Source: Alphaproteobacteria bacterium HGW-Alphaproteobacteria-6 (GTDB taxonomy: Bacteria; Pseudomonadota; Alphaproteobacteria; Rhodobacterales; Rhodobacteraceae). Taken from it: a DNA stretch of 64,000 nt. The first letter of the stretch is position 1, and each line of letters opens with the position of its first letter. The stretch spans positions 39 to 64,038 of the forward strand of contig PHEC01000001.1 of the NCBI GenBank assembly GCA_002841115.1, in the 5' to 3' direction. Shown in pieces: positions 30,376 to 40,323 of the stretch. The position numbers and the translations under genes are program-made. The notes beneath the pieces were generated by a model that was not told the DNA's origin, ran no database searches, and saw only the letters and a list, made by a program, of their open reading frames with translations.

Positions 30376-31218
30376 CTAGCCTTTCACTGCGCCCATCGTC
30401 AGGCCGCGCGACAGGTGCTTCTGGATCAGGATCACCAGGATCAGGATCGGCACGAAGGCGATGAACGAGACAAGGGCGATTGCGTTGTAGATGATGCCGT
30501 CGGAGCCGCCAGTGAAATTCGCCAGCGCCACCGACATGGTATAGGCCTTCGAGGTCGAGGCGATGAGCAGCGTGAAGAGAAACTCGTTGATCGCGAAGAT
30601 CGCCGCGATCACCGCGGCGGTAATGATGCCCGGCAGGCAGGCCGGCACGATGATCTCGCGCAGGATGGTCAGATCCCCTGCCCCGTCGGTGCGGGCCGCA
30701 TCCTCCAGTTCCTTCGGGATATCCAGCATGTAGCTGCGGATGATCCAGGTGACCAGCGACAGGTTGATCGCGGCATAGATCAGCATCAGCGCCCAGACCG
30801 AATTCAGAAGCCCGAGCGTCTTGAACAGAAAGAAGATCGGCACCGCCACGATGGCCGGGGCCATCATCCGGGTGGAGAGGATGTAGAACCCGATATCCTC
30901 GCGCCCCTTGAAGTCATAGCGTGCAAGAGCATAGGCGGCGGGGATTGCCAGTGCGAGGTCGATGACCACCGACCCCGCCACCGCGACGACCGAGTTGCGC
31001 AGATATTGCGCGATGGGCCAGTCGCTGATCAGCAGGCGCCAGGCATCGAGCGAGAAGCTCGGCCAGTAGATCGGCCGCGGGGTGATGACCTCGGTCCGCG
31101 GGCGAAAGCCGATCGACAGGAACCACAGGATCGGCAGCAGGCAGACCAGGGCCCAGCCGCCCAGCACCAGATAGCGCAGAAGCAGGCTTTCGCCGCGGGA
31201 TTTGCGGGCCTTGGCCAT
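30376..31218 (-). CDS. Carbohydrate ABC transporter permease
   Basis: EAA loop IPKELEDAARTDGA; multiple TM helices. Confidence 0.93.
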   Translation of the reverse strand: MAKARKSRGESLLLRYLVLGGWALVCLLPILWFLSIGFRPRTEVITPRPIYWPSFSLDAWRLLISDWPIAQYLRNSVVAVAGSVVIDLALAIPAAYALARYDFKGREDIGFYILSTRMMAPAIVAVPIFFLFKTLGLLNSVWALMLIYAAINLSLVTWIIRSYMLDIPKELEDAARTDGAGDLTILREIIVPACLPGIITAAVIAAIFAINEFLFTLLIASTSKAYTMSVALANFTGGSDGIIYNAIALVSFIAFVPILILVILIQKHLSRGLTMGAVKG

Positions 31219-32157
31219 TCAGGTCTTCCCCGAATGGAAGGCGCGTTTCACGACGGTCTGGGCGATGATCACCGTCAGGATCAGCATCAGCACCGAAGCG
31301 GCCGAGGCATAGCCGAAGTTGAACATGCGAAACCCCTGTCGGTAGATGAAATAGCTCATCGTCTCGGTCGCGCCGCCGGGGGTGCCCTGGGTCATGACGA
31401 AGACATTGGTGAACATGGTGGTGATGTCGATGCCGCGCAAAGTGACCGCGACCACGATCACCGGGCGCATCATCGGCAGGGAGATGTTCCAGAAGATCTT
31501 CGGCCAACTGGCCCCATCCAGACGGGCGGCCTCTTCGATCTCCTGATCCTGGCCCTGAAGGGCAGCCACGAAGATGATGAACAGGAACGGCGTCCACTGC
31601 CAGACATCGGCGACGATCAATGTCATCCGCGACAGCCAGATGCTGCCCAGCCAGTCGACATTGCCCTCGATCAGGCCGAGCCGCCCCAGGAGGTCGGAAA
31701 TCACCCGTCCGTCGTTGAACGCCAGTTTCCAGATGAAGGCGACGGCCGAGGGCATGAACAGCATCGGCATCAGATAGACGATGCGCCAGCCGCGGATCAG
31801 CGGGTCGCGATAGGCGAAATAGGCGATCGCCAGTGCGATACCGGTTTGCAGGGCCAGCGAAATGGCGCCGATCAGCGCGGTATTGGCCAGGGCGGCCCAG
31901 AATTCTCGGTCTTGCAGAATGGTGGTGTAATTGTCGAAACCGGCCCAGGTCCAGTTGAGGAACTTGACCACGAACAGGCTTTGATAAATCGCGAACAGGC
32001 CCGGATAAAGCGTGATGACCAGGAGATAGGCCAAGGCCGGGGCCAGCAGAAGATACGGGAACGCGCGGCGCAGCGCCGGGCTGCGACGCCGCGGTGCGGG
32101 TTTGGGGGCGGCTTTCGCCACCCCCTCCACCAGAACTGAGGGAGCGTCAGTTCTCAT
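31219..32157 (-). CDS. Carbohydrate ABC transporter permease
   Basis: DVWQWTPF, EEAARLDGA. Confidence 0.92.
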   Translation of the reverse strand: MRTDAPSVLVEGVAKAAPKPAPRRRSPALRRAFPYLLLAPALAYLLVITLYPGLFAIYQSLFVVKFLNWTWAGFDNYTTILQDREFWAALANTALIGAISLALQTGIALAIAYFAYRDPLIRGWRIVYLMPMLFMPSAVAFIWKLAFNDGRVISDLLGRLGLIEGNVDWLGSIWLSRMTLIVADVWQWTPFLFIIFVAALQGQDQEIEEAARLDGASWPKIFWNISLPMMRPVIVVAVTLRGIDITTMFTNVFVMTQGTPGGATETMSYFIYRQGFRMFNFGYASAASVLMLILTVIIAQTVVKRAFHSGKT

Positions 32158-32161
32158 CCGA

Positions 32162-33715
32162 TCAGAACGGCAGGGCCTTGCCGCCGCCCACATAAAGACC
32201 GGGTGCGACATCGGCATAGGCCACCGGGCCGCCGCCATCCTTGAAGCCGTTCTTGGCCATGATCGAGGTCCAGGCGGCCTGCCCGTTGTCCAGCGCCTCC
32301 TTGGCACTGATCTGGCCGGTGATCGCGCGGTTGATCTCGTTGCCAAGCGCCTGTTCCATTTCGAACATGCCGGGAAGGCGGGGCGAGCACCAGGCGTGAT
32401 CCAGGCTGTCGGCCCAGACCTTCATCGGCTGCGATACCGCGCGCAGCCTGTCATTGGCCAGAACCGACCGATAGCCGGGGGCCACGCCGTTGGCGTTGGC
32501 CTCGTTCATCGCCATGATCGACGCGGTGGTCAGGAAGGCCAGCATCAGGAACGCGCCTTCGGGGTTCTGGCTGGTGGACGTGACGACCGAGGTCGAGCCC
32601 GCGATGTTCGGCGGGGCAAAGACACCGCCGGCGATGCGCGGCTCGTAGATGGTGACGAAGTCGTCGACGATCCGGCTTTGGTCCGGACGCATGGCTTGCG
32701 TCCCGCTGTCTTGCCAGCTGATGTTCGCCGCAACCTGACCACCCAGCCAGGCGGCACGGTTTTCACCCCAACCGGCGCCCGAAACGCCCTCGATCGCGTT
32801 CTTCGACAGGGCCAGCAGCGTTTCCAGACCCTTGACCCCGGCATCGGTGTTCAGTGTCGGGTTCCAGCTTGCGTCGAAAAGCTGCATCCCGGCCTGCGCC
32901 GCGATGTGTTCCCACGAATAGGTCGACCAGAAGCCGCGCGCACCCAGCAGGCCGATGCCCGCCACGCCGCCGCCCAGCTTGTTCGCCTCGGCGGTGATCC
33001 GGATCAGCTCGTCATAGGTCGGAACCGAGTTCGTCAGATCGATCGGACCGCCCAGGATCGGCTCCAGCACCGATTTGCGCAGGTGAACCATCTGGATGTC
33101 GCAGTCGAACGGCAGGCCGACCAGCTTGCCGCCGAAATAGCCATAGTTCAGCCGGTAGGTGTCATAGAAATCGTCCAGCGGCAGGTTCCACTTGGCGGCG
33201 TAGTCATCCAGCGGTGCCAGAAAGCCCGGTGCCGCAAAGTCGCCCAGCCAGGCCGAGAAGAACTGCAGCGCGTCGAACGAGGCATTGCCCGAAATGAACT
33301 CGGAAATCGCCTTGTCATAGATGCTGTCATCCGGGATCGGAACCAGTTCGACCTTGATCCCCGACAGTGCCTCGAACGGCGCAAGGCCGTCGGCCGCCGA
33401 TTCCTGGTCAGCGGCCCCGATCGCGAAGCGAACCGTCGTGCCGCCAAGTTCCGAACGGACCTTTTCCCAGTCGACCGTGCGGATCCAGTCCTTGGCCGGA
33501 TCCCACAGCGGATCGTTGGTCATGCCGTAAAGCTTGCGATAGTCCTCGCGGACGTAGGTCTCGACCGAAATGCTGTCGAGCGTGGCCTGGATATCCGGCA
33601 GGCCCGACTGGGCAAGTGCCGGCGTCTTCAGTCCGATTGCGCCGGAGGCCACGCCAAGGGCGGCCCCCGTGCGCAGGAACGAACGGCGGGACATTCCCCC
33701 GAAACGAATGGTCAT
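32162..33715 (-). CDS. Tat-exported carbohydrate ABC substrate-binding protein
   Basis: Twin-arginine motif SRRSFL; SBP family 1-like; head of the ABC operon. Confidence 0.88.
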   Translation of the reverse strand: MTIRFGGMSRRSFLRTGAALGVASGAIGLKTPALAQSGLPDIQATLDSISVETYVREDYRKLYGMTNDPLWDPAKDWIRTVDWEKVRSELGGTTVRFAIGAADQESAADGLAPFEALSGIKVELVPIPDDSIYDKAISEFISGNASFDALQFFSAWLGDFAAPGFLAPLDDYAAKWNLPLDDFYDTYRLNYGYFGGKLVGLPFDCDIQMVHLRKSVLEPILGGPIDLTNSVPTYDELIRITAEANKLGGGVAGIGLLGARGFWSTYSWEHIAAQAGMQLFDASWNPTLNTDAGVKGLETLLALSKNAIEGVSGAGWGENRAAWLGGQVAANISWQDSGTQAMRPDQSRIVDDFVTIYEPRIAGGVFAPPNIAGSTSVVTSTSQNPEGAFLMLAFLTTASIMAMNEANANGVAPGYRSVLANDRLRAVSQPMKVWADSLDHAWCSPRLPGMFEMEQALGNEINRAITGQISAKEALDNGQAAWTSIMAKNGFKDGGGPVAYADVAPGLYVGGGKALPF

Positions 33716-33820
33716 TCTGATTTTCCTCCCTTTGGCGATCTTGATCGGTTGCCCGCCTTCCGCGCAAGCCATCCGCCAGTGCGGCCGTCTCGGGCGCCAT
33801 GACTGCTCAAATTGCGGTTT

Positions 33821-33947
33821 GTGAACTTTCGTTTCACTACATTATCATGTGTGCAAGACATATCGCCTGTCAACGGCAAATTTCTGGCCGTTATGCTGCA
33901 ATGCGGCGTGAACTCTTGATTGACACAATAACAAAAGTTCACATACT
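33821..33947. promoter_or_regulatory. Divergent promoter region with putative SorC-family operators
   Basis: TTGACA-N16-CATACT (33920-33947); GTGAACT..AGTTCAC inverted repeat (33908-33942); GTGAA-N7-TTCAC (33821-33837). Confidence 0.6.
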
Positions 33948-33977
33948 GTTGGCCAAGAGCCATACCGGAGTATCCCC

Positions 33978-35297
33978 ATGCCCACGAATGTAGCCCTTAC
34001 CGGTCTGGCCAGAGATCTGGCCGGGCGCGCCGACGGCGGCAAGCCGATTCGGATCGGCCTGGTGGGCGCGGGCGAGATGGGAACCGACATCGTCAGCCGG
34101 GTTGCCCATATGCGTGGCATCGAGATCGGCGCCATCAGCGAGCTGAAGCCCGGGGCAGCGGCGAAGTCGGTCGAGATCGCCTATGGCAGCACCGACCGCG
34201 TGCAAGCGGTCGCCACCGCCGATGCGGCCAATGCGGCGATGGAGCAGGGCAAGGTCGCGATCACCGACAACGTCAGCGCCCTGCTCGAGGCCGGGCTGAT
34301 CGATGTGGTGGTCGATGCCACCGGCATTCCGTCCGTCGGGGCCGAAATCGGCCTCAGGGCGATGGAGCGCGGCAAGCATCTGGTGATGATGAACGTCGAG
34401 GCGGACGTGACCATCGGCGCCTATCTGCGCGCCGAGGCGGAACGGCTGGGCGTGATCTACAGCCTTGGCGCGGGGGATGAACCCTCGTCCTGCATGGAAC
34501 TGATCGAGTTCGTCAGCGCCATGGGCCACCGCATCATCAGCGCCGGCAAGGGCAAGAACAACCCCTTGAACATCGACGCCACGCCGGCCGAATACACCGA
34601 GGAAGCCATCCGCCGCCACATGAACCCCCGGATGCTGGTCGAGTTCGTGGACGGCTCGAAGACCATGGTCGAAATGGCGGCCATTGCCAATGCCACCGGT
34701 CTTGTCCCCGACCGCCCCGGCATGCATGGCCCGGCCTGTTCGCGCGAGGATCTGAACAAGGTGCTGGTCCCGCAATCGGCGGGCGGCCTTCTGTCCTCGG
34801 CCGACGGCCGGGTCGATTACACCATCGGCAAGGGCGTGGCCCCGGGTGTGTTCGTGGTGGCCGAGATGGACCATCCCCGCATCCGCGAACGGATGGAAGA
34901 CCTGAAGATGGGCAAGGGCCCCTATTTCACCTTCTTTCGCCCCTATCACCTGACCTCGCTTGAGGTGCCGCTGACCTGCGCGCGCGCGGTGCTTTACGGC
35001 AAGGCCGACATGGTGCCGATGGCGCGTCCGGTGGCCGAGGTCTGTGCGGTTGCCAAGACGGATCTGGCCGTGGGCGACACGCTGGATCAGATCGGCGAAT
35101 ATTGCTACCGCGCCTGGATCATGACGGCGGACGAGGCCCGCGCCGCCAAGGCCATTCCCTGCGGCCTTCTGACCGGCGCGAAAGTGACCGCGCCGATCCG
35201 CAAGGGTGAGTTGATCACCACCGCCAACGCCGCCGTGCCGGCGGGCAGCAAGATTGCCGCCCTGCGCGCCCGGCAGGACAAGATGCTGGGCCTCTGA
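33978..35297 (+). CDS. NAD(P)-dependent oxidoreductase with C-terminal SAF domain (COG4091, homoserine dehydrogenase-like)
   Basis: GLVGAGEMG, NVEADVTIG, GKGKNNP, DGSKT, RPYHL, SAF tail. Confidence 0.85.
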   Translation: MPTNVALTGLARDLAGRADGGKPIRIGLVGAGEMGTDIVSRVAHMRGIEIGAISELKPGAAAKSVEIAYGSTDRVQAVATADAANAAMEQGKVAITDNVSALLEAGLIDVVVDATGIPSVGAEIGLRAMERGKHLVMMNVEADVTIGAYLRAEAERLGVIYSLGAGDEPSSCMELIEFVSAMGHRIISAGKGKNNPLNIDATPAEYTEEAIRRHMNPRMLVEFVDGSKTMVEMAAIANATGLVPDRPGMHGPACSREDLNKVLVPQSAGGLLSSADGRVDYTIGKGVAPGVFVVAEMDHPRIRERMEDLKMGKGPYFTFFRPYHLTSLEVPLTCARAVLYGKADMVPMARPVAEVCAVAKTDLAVGDTLDQIGEYCYRAWIMTADEARAAKAIPCGLLTGAKVTAPIRKGELITTANAAVPAGSKIAALRARQDKMLGL

Positions 35298-35301
35298 TAC
35301 C

Positions 35302-36300
35302 ATGACCAAACCCGACAACCGCCCCTTCGCCATTCGCAGCTACGCGCCCGAACAGCTGCGCGAGGCGCTGAAGCGGATGTATCTGATCCGCCGCTTCGAG
35401 GAAGGCGCCGAAGACAGCTACATGCGCGGGTTGATCCACGGCACCATGCATCTGTCCATCGGGCAAGAGGCCAGCGCGGTGGCGACCTGCATCGCGTTGA
35501 CGGATGCCGACAGGATCACCTCCACGCATCGCGGCCACGGTCACTGCATCGCCAAGGGTGCCGATGTGGGCCGGATGTTCGCCGAGTTCTTCGGCAAGGA
35601 AACCGGCTATTGCCACGGCCGTGGCGGGTCGATGCACATTGCCGATATCAAGACCGGGAACCTTGGGGCAAACGGCATTGTCGGCGGCGGCCTGCCGATT
35701 GCCGTCGGTTCGGCCCTGTCGGCCAAGCGCCTGGGCAAGCCGGATGTCACGATCTGCTTTTTCGGCGACGGGGCCAACAACGAAGGCGCGTTCCACGAGG
35801 CGCTGAACATGGCTTCGGTCTGGAAACTGCCGGTGGTTTTCGTCTGCGAGAACAACGGCTACGGCATGTCGACATCGACCGCGCGCTCGACCTCGGTCAA
35901 GCACATCGCCGAACGGGCGGCCAGCTATTCGATGCCGGGGGTGACGGTTGACGGCAACGATTTCTCGGCCGTGGCCGAGGCGGTTCACGATGCCGTCGCG
36001 CGCGCGCGGGCCGGCGACGGGCCGACGCTGGTGGAGAACCTGACCTATCGCTGGCGCGGCCATTCCAAGTCGGACCGCAACCGCTATCGGTCCAGGGAAG
36101 AAATCGAGGAGTGGATGGCACGCGACCCGATCACCCGCTTCCGGGCCGAGCTGATTGCCCATGGCGTGCTGGATGATGCGGCGGCCGATGCCATCGCCGC
36201 CGCGGCCGTGGCGGAAATGGAGGCCGGGATCGAATTTGCCAAGGCCGGACCCGCCCCGAGCCCTGCCGACGTGACCCGATACGTCTACGCGGAGGTGTGA
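35302..36300 (+). CDS. acoA: TPP-dependent dehydrogenase E1 alpha subunit (acetoin dehydrogenase-like)
   Basis: [30 protein letters not shown]. Confidence 0.85.
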   Translation: MTKPDNRPFAIRSYAPEQLREALKRMYLIRRFEEGAEDSYMRGLIHGTMHLSIGQEASAVATCIALTDADRITSTHRGHGHCIAKGADVGRMFAEFFGKETGYCHGRGGSMHIADIKTGNLGANGIVGGGLPIAVGSALSAKRLGKPDVTICFFGDGANNEGAFHEALNMASVWKLPVVFVCENNGYGMSTSTARSTSVKHIAERAASYSMPGVTVDGNDFSAVAEAVHDAVARARAGDGPTLVENLTYRWRGHSKSDRNRYRSREEIEEWMARDPITRFRAELIAHGVLDDAAADAIAAAAVAEMEAGIEFAKAGPAPSPADVTRYVYAEV

Positions 36301-36301
36301 G

Positions 36302-37315
36302 ATGAACGCCATGACCCAGGATCAGGGGTTGCGCACCCTGTCCTACGCCGAGGCGATCCGCGAGGCGATGGCCATCGCCATGGAGGCGGACCCGACGGTG
36401 ATCCTGATGGGCGAGGATATCGGGGTCTACGGCGGCGCCTTTCAGGTGACGCTGGATCTGGTGGACCGGTTCGGCCCCGACCGCGTCATGGACACGCCGA
36501 TTTCCGAACTCGGCGGCGCCGGTGTGGCTGTCGGGGCGGCGCTGACCGGGCTGAAACCGATCTTCGAGTTCCAGTTTTCCGATTTCGCCATGCTGGCGAT
36601 GGAGCAGATCGTCAATCAGGCCGCCAAGCTGCGCTACATGCTGGGCGGCGAAGCCTCGGTTCCGGTGGTCTTCCGGCTGCCGTCAGGCTCGGGCACCGGG
36701 GCGGCGGCCCAGCACAGCCAGTCGATCGAGGCCTGGTTCGGTCATGTGCCCGGGCTGAAGGTCCTGCAACCCTCCACGCCCGAGGATGCCAAGGGCATGC
36801 TGCTGGCGGCGCTGGCCGACTCCGACCCGGTGATGATTTTTGAGCATAAGCTTCTCTACAAGATGAAGGGCCATGTCCCCGAGGGCAGTTACCTGACCCC
36901 GATCGGCAAGGCGCTGGTGCGCCGCACGGGCACCGATGTCACCATCGTCGCCGGCTCGATCATGCTGCACCGCGCGCTCGAGGCGGCCGAGACGCTGGCC
37001 GGCGACGGCATCAGCGCCGAGGTGATCGACCTGCGCTCGATCCGGCCGATCGACCACGAGACCATCCTTGCTTCGGTGCGCCGGACCGGGCGGCTGATGG
37101 TGGTCTATGAAGGGGTCAAGGCCTTTGGGGTCGGGGCCGAGATCAGTGCCATGGTCGCCGAAAGCGATGCCTTCGATTTTCTCGATGCGCCGATCCTGCG
37201 CCTCGGGGCTGCCGATGCGCCGGTGCCCTACAATCCCGATCTTGAACGCGCCTCGGTCCCGCAGGTCGAGACGATTCTGGCCGCCGCCCGCCGCCTGAGC
37301 CGCCGCGAGATCTGA
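36302..37315 (+). CDS. acoB: TPP-dependent dehydrogenase E1 beta subunit
   Basis: [27 protein letters not shown]. Confidence 0.85.
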   Translation: MNAMTQDQGLRTLSYAEAIREAMAIAMEADPTVILMGEDIGVYGGAFQVTLDLVDRFGPDRVMDTPISELGGAGVAVGAALTGLKPIFEFQFSDFAMLAMEQIVNQAAKLRYMLGGEASVPVVFRLPSGSGTGAAAQHSQSIEAWFGHVPGLKVLQPSTPEDAKGMLLAALADSDPVMIFEHKLLYKMKGHVPEGSYLTPIGKALVRRTGTDVTIVAGSIMLHRALEAAETLAGDGISAEVIDLRSIRPIDHETILASVRRTGRLMVVYEGVKAFGVGAEISAMVAESDAFDFLDAPILRLGAADAPVPYNPDLERASVPQVETILAAARRLSRREI

Positions 37316-37316
37316 G

Positions 37317-38657
37317 ATGCCGGTCGAAGTGATCCTGCCCAAGGTCGACATGGACATGACCCATGGCACCCTGGCGGTCTGGCATGTGGCCCCCGGCGAC
37401 GAGGTCGCCAAGGGCGCCCCGCTCTTTGACATCGAGACCGACAAGGCGGCGATGGAGGTGGAATCCCCCGCGTCCGGCCGATTGCATTTCGTCACCGCCC
37501 GGCCCGGCGACAGGATCGCCGTGGGCACCGTCGTGGCGCTGATCTTTGCCGAAGGCGAGGATGTGGTCGAGGTGGCGGCCCCTGCGACGACGCTGCCCGA
37601 ACCGGTTGACGCGCCTCGCGTAGCGCCGCCTGCCGCAGGGGCCCGGATTGCGCCCGCCGCGCCGGCCCTGGCCTCGCCGGAAGCCGACGGCCTGTTGCGC
37701 GCAACCCCGGCCGCCCGTGCCGCCGCGCGGCGGGCGGGCGTGACATTGGCCGACGTGCCGGGGACCGGCCCGCAAGGCCGCATCCAGCGCGATGATGTCA
37801 CGGGCCATTTCGGGGGCCATGTCGGGGTCCAGACCGGCCCGGCCCCCGCAGCCGCCGGCCCGACCCTCTGGTCCGCGCAACCGGGACCGCTTCACATCAG
37901 CCACCGCAAGGGCCGGGGCGTGCCGCTGGTCCTGTTGCACGGCCTTGGCACCGACAGCCAAAGCTGGGCGCCCTTGGAAAAGGCCCTTGGCCCCGACCGG
38001 CCGCTGATCCGCATCGACCTGCCCGGGCATGGCCGCTCGCCCCGGCGCCGATTGCGCGGTTTTGCCGAGCTTGCGCGGATGATGGTCGAGGCCTTTGACG
38101 AGGCCACGCGCGCGCATGACCAGGTGCATCTGCTGGGCCATTCGCTGGGCGGCGCGCTGGCACTTGCCATCACCGATATCCGCGCGCGCAAGATCGCCAG
38201 CCTGTCGCTGATCGCACCGGCCGGCCTTGGCCCCGAAGTGGACGCCGCGGCCTTGACCGGGATCATCCGCGCCAGCCGTGCCGAAAGCCTTGCACCCTGG
38301 CTGCGCCGTCTGACCGCAACGCCCGAAGGCATCAGCGACGACTATGCCCGGGCGGCGATGAAGCGGCGCGCCGACCCGGGCCTGCGGGCGGCGCAGGCCG
38401 ATATGGCCGAGGTGCTGTTTCCCGATGGCGTGCAACCCTTTGACCTGCGCCCCGCCCTGTCGCGGCTCGAATGCCCGACCGCCCTGATCTGGGGTCGCAG
38501 CGACCATATCCTGCCCTATCGCCACGCTCTTGCCGCGGGCGGAGATTTCGCTATTCATCTTCTGTCCGGTGCGGGTCACATTCCGCAGGTCGAGATCCCT
38601 GACCGTGTCGCCCGCATCGTCACGCGGCATCTTGCGGGGGTTTCGCCGGGCGGATGA
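37317..38657 (+). CDS. acoC: AcoC-like E2 component: lipoyl domain, E3-binding domain and alpha/beta hydrolase
   Basis: IETDKAAMEV, ATPAARAAAR..GTGPQGRI, LHGLG, GHSLGG. Confidence 0.85.
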   Translation: MPVEVILPKVDMDMTHGTLAVWHVAPGDEVAKGAPLFDIETDKAAMEVESPASGRLHFVTARPGDRIAVGTVVALIFAEGEDVVEVAAPATTLPEPVDAPRVAPPAAGARIAPAAPALASPEADGLLRATPAARAAARRAGVTLADVPGTGPQGRIQRDDVTGHFGGHVGVQTGPAPAAAGPTLWSAQPGPLHISHRKGRGVPLVLLHGLGTDSQSWAPLEKALGPDRPLIRIDLPGHGRSPRRRLRGFAELARMMVEAFDEATRAHDQVHLLGHSLGGALALAITDIRARKIASLSLIAPAGLGPEVDAAALTGIIRASRAESLAPWLRRLTATPEGISDDYARAAMKRRADPGLRAAQADMAEVLFPDGVQPFDLRPALSRLECPTALIWGRSDHILPYRHALAAGGDFAIHLLSGAGHIPQVEIPDRVARIVTRHLAGVSPGG

Positions 38658-38681
38658 CGGGCACGAAATCAGGGATGGTGC

Positions 38682-39671
38682 ATGCAGCCTGCAATTGCGG
38701 CCACGATCGCGCAAAGTGAGACGGACCGCCTGCGCGCGCGGGCGGTATGGCTGTATCATGTCGAGGGCAGCACCCAGAACGACATCGCAACCCAGCTTGG
38801 CATCAGCCGTGTGATGGTGGTTCGCTTGCTGGCCGACGCCCGCCGCCGCAACGAGGTGCGGGTGACGGTGTCGGCGCCGCTGGCCGAACTGATCGAGATG
38901 GAGCGGAAGGTCGAAACCCGCTACGGGATCGCCCGCGTCATCATCGCCCCCTTCGCCGACCCCGAGGAAGACCCGATCCGGGTCATCGCCGCCGCGGCCG
39001 GAAACTTCATCTCCGGCCTGATGAAATCAGGCATGACGGTGGGTGTCGGCTGGGGCCGCACATTGTACAACACCTTGCCGTTCATCACCGGCGAGACGCT
39101 GGACGATTTCCGGGTCGTGTCGCTTCTCGGCGGCATCGCGGCCGCCCGCCGCTTCAACCCTGCCGAGTTTGCCTGGCAGTTTGCCGAACTCTTTCAGGGC
39201 GAGGGGTTCCTGATCCCCGCCCCCGCCGTGGTCGACAGCCCCGAGACCAAACATGCCCTGCTGGAACGATGCGGCCTGTCGGCGATCTTCGAGATGGCCG
39301 ACAAGCTGGACGTCGCCCTGCTGTCGGTGGGCGGCATTTCCACCCTGACCACCAGCTACCGCACCGGATACATTTCCGAATCCGACCGACGCTCGCTGAT
39401 CGAGGCCGGGGCGGTGGGCGACGTTCTTTACAACTTCATCGACGCGAACGGCGATCTGGTCGGCCATGACGTCAACGACCGGGTGATTTCGGTCAACCTG
39501 TCCAATCTTCGCCGCACACCGGAACGGGTGCTGATTTCCGGCGGCAAGGACAAGAGGATTGCCCTGCGTGCGGCGATAAGGATCCTGAGGCCGACAACCC
39601 TGGTGACCGACGAGCAGACCGCCAGGGACCTTGCCGACGGGCCACAGGGGCAGCCCGATCAGGCCGGGTAG
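38682..39671 (+). CDS. SorC/DeoR-type sugar-binding transcriptional regulator
   Basis: WLYHVEGSTQNDIATQLGISR, GVGWGRT, GAVGDV, LVTDE. Confidence 0.9.
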   Translation: MQPAIAATIAQSETDRLRARAVWLYHVEGSTQNDIATQLGISRVMVVRLLADARRRNEVRVTVSAPLAELIEMERKVETRYGIARVIIAPFADPEEDPIRVIAAAAGNFISGLMKSGMTVGVGWGRTLYNTLPFITGETLDDFRVVSLLGGIAAARRFNPAEFAWQFAELFQGEGFLIPAPAVVDSPETKHALLERCGLSAIFEMADKLDVALLSVGGISTLTTSYRTGYISESDRRSLIEAGAVGDVLYNFIDANGDLVGHDVNDRVISVNLSNLRRTPERVLISGGKDKRIALRAAIRILRPTTLVTDEQTARDLADGPQGQPDQAG

Positions 39672-39690
39672 AGGCGGGCGCGCCGCACTG

Positions 39691-39784
39691 GCTGCCGATG
39701 CGCGGCCGTCGAGGCAATGCCTCGACTTGCCGCGGGTCGGGTGGGGGGAACCCCAAACTACGGCACGCTGCCGATGCGCGGCCG
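39691..39784. repeat. 18-bp direct repeats enclosing two REP-like palindromes
   Basis: GCTGCCGATGCGCGGCCG at 39691-39708 and 39767-39784; inside lie GTCGAGGCAATGCCTCGAC and GGGTGGGGGGAACCCC..CTAC. Confidence 0.6.
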
Positions 39785-39790
39785 AGGACC

Positions 39791-40163
39791 GATCAGGCAA
39801 AGGTCCGGTGGACCTTTGCCCGGTCCGATTGGCCGGAGCCGCAAGGCGAAGGGTGAGGCGTGGTCGGGCCTTGGCCCGATCAATCGCTCCAGTGGAGCGA
39901 TTGAAACGCCGAACGCACGGCCCGCAAGGGCCGGGCCGGGTGGGGTTCTCCACTGGCGCTGTCGGTCGAAAATCGGGGCGCGGCTGCCTGGGGTGAGACC
40001 GGATCAGAAACGGTCCAGTGGACCGTTTCCCGGTGGAACGCCCGCCCGTGTCGGGCGGGCCGGGAGCGCGCGGGTCAACGCGCCTGCCGGGGGGTGATGA
40101 GGGATCAGCAAAGGTCCAGTGGACCTTTGCCCCGAAGAACGCCGCGCCCGTGGCGCGGCCGGG
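39791..40163 (+). repeat. Array of four GATC-led TCC-(A/G)GT-GGA hairpin repeat units
   Basis: Perfect 10-11-bp stems at 39796-39820, 39880-39904, 40007-40029 and 40108-40130; units 2-4 are followed by GAACGC-hairpin-GGCCGGG, unit 1 by a degenerate version. Confidence 0.85.
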
Positions 40164-40262
40164 TGGCAGGCGCGGCCCGATTTGTCGCGGGACAAATCGG
40201 GCGGGGGGTGGCGGTGAGGTTTGGGAGGTGGGGGGCAAGGGCCGCGCTACGGGTGGCTACGC

Positions 40263-40291
40263 TTGTTAAGCAAGAAATCTCCACCTAAAGT
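40263..40291 (+). promoter_or_regulatory. Sigma70-like promoter of the protease gene
   Basis: TTGTTA-N17-TAAAGT. Confidence 0.4.
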
Positions 40292-40323
40292 TGATTTCCA
40301 AGACGTTTCTATGGAGCCCAAGA

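Noticed and set aside
33978-35297. Call as biosynthetic homoserine dehydrogenase (hom)
   Set aside because: It has a SAF rather than an ACT C-terminus and sits in a catabolic context; it matches the uncharacterised COG4091 type.
39791-40163. CRISPR array interpretation of the hairpin repeats
   Set aside because: Repeat sequences are not identical, spacing is irregular (84-126 bp) and no cas genes are present.
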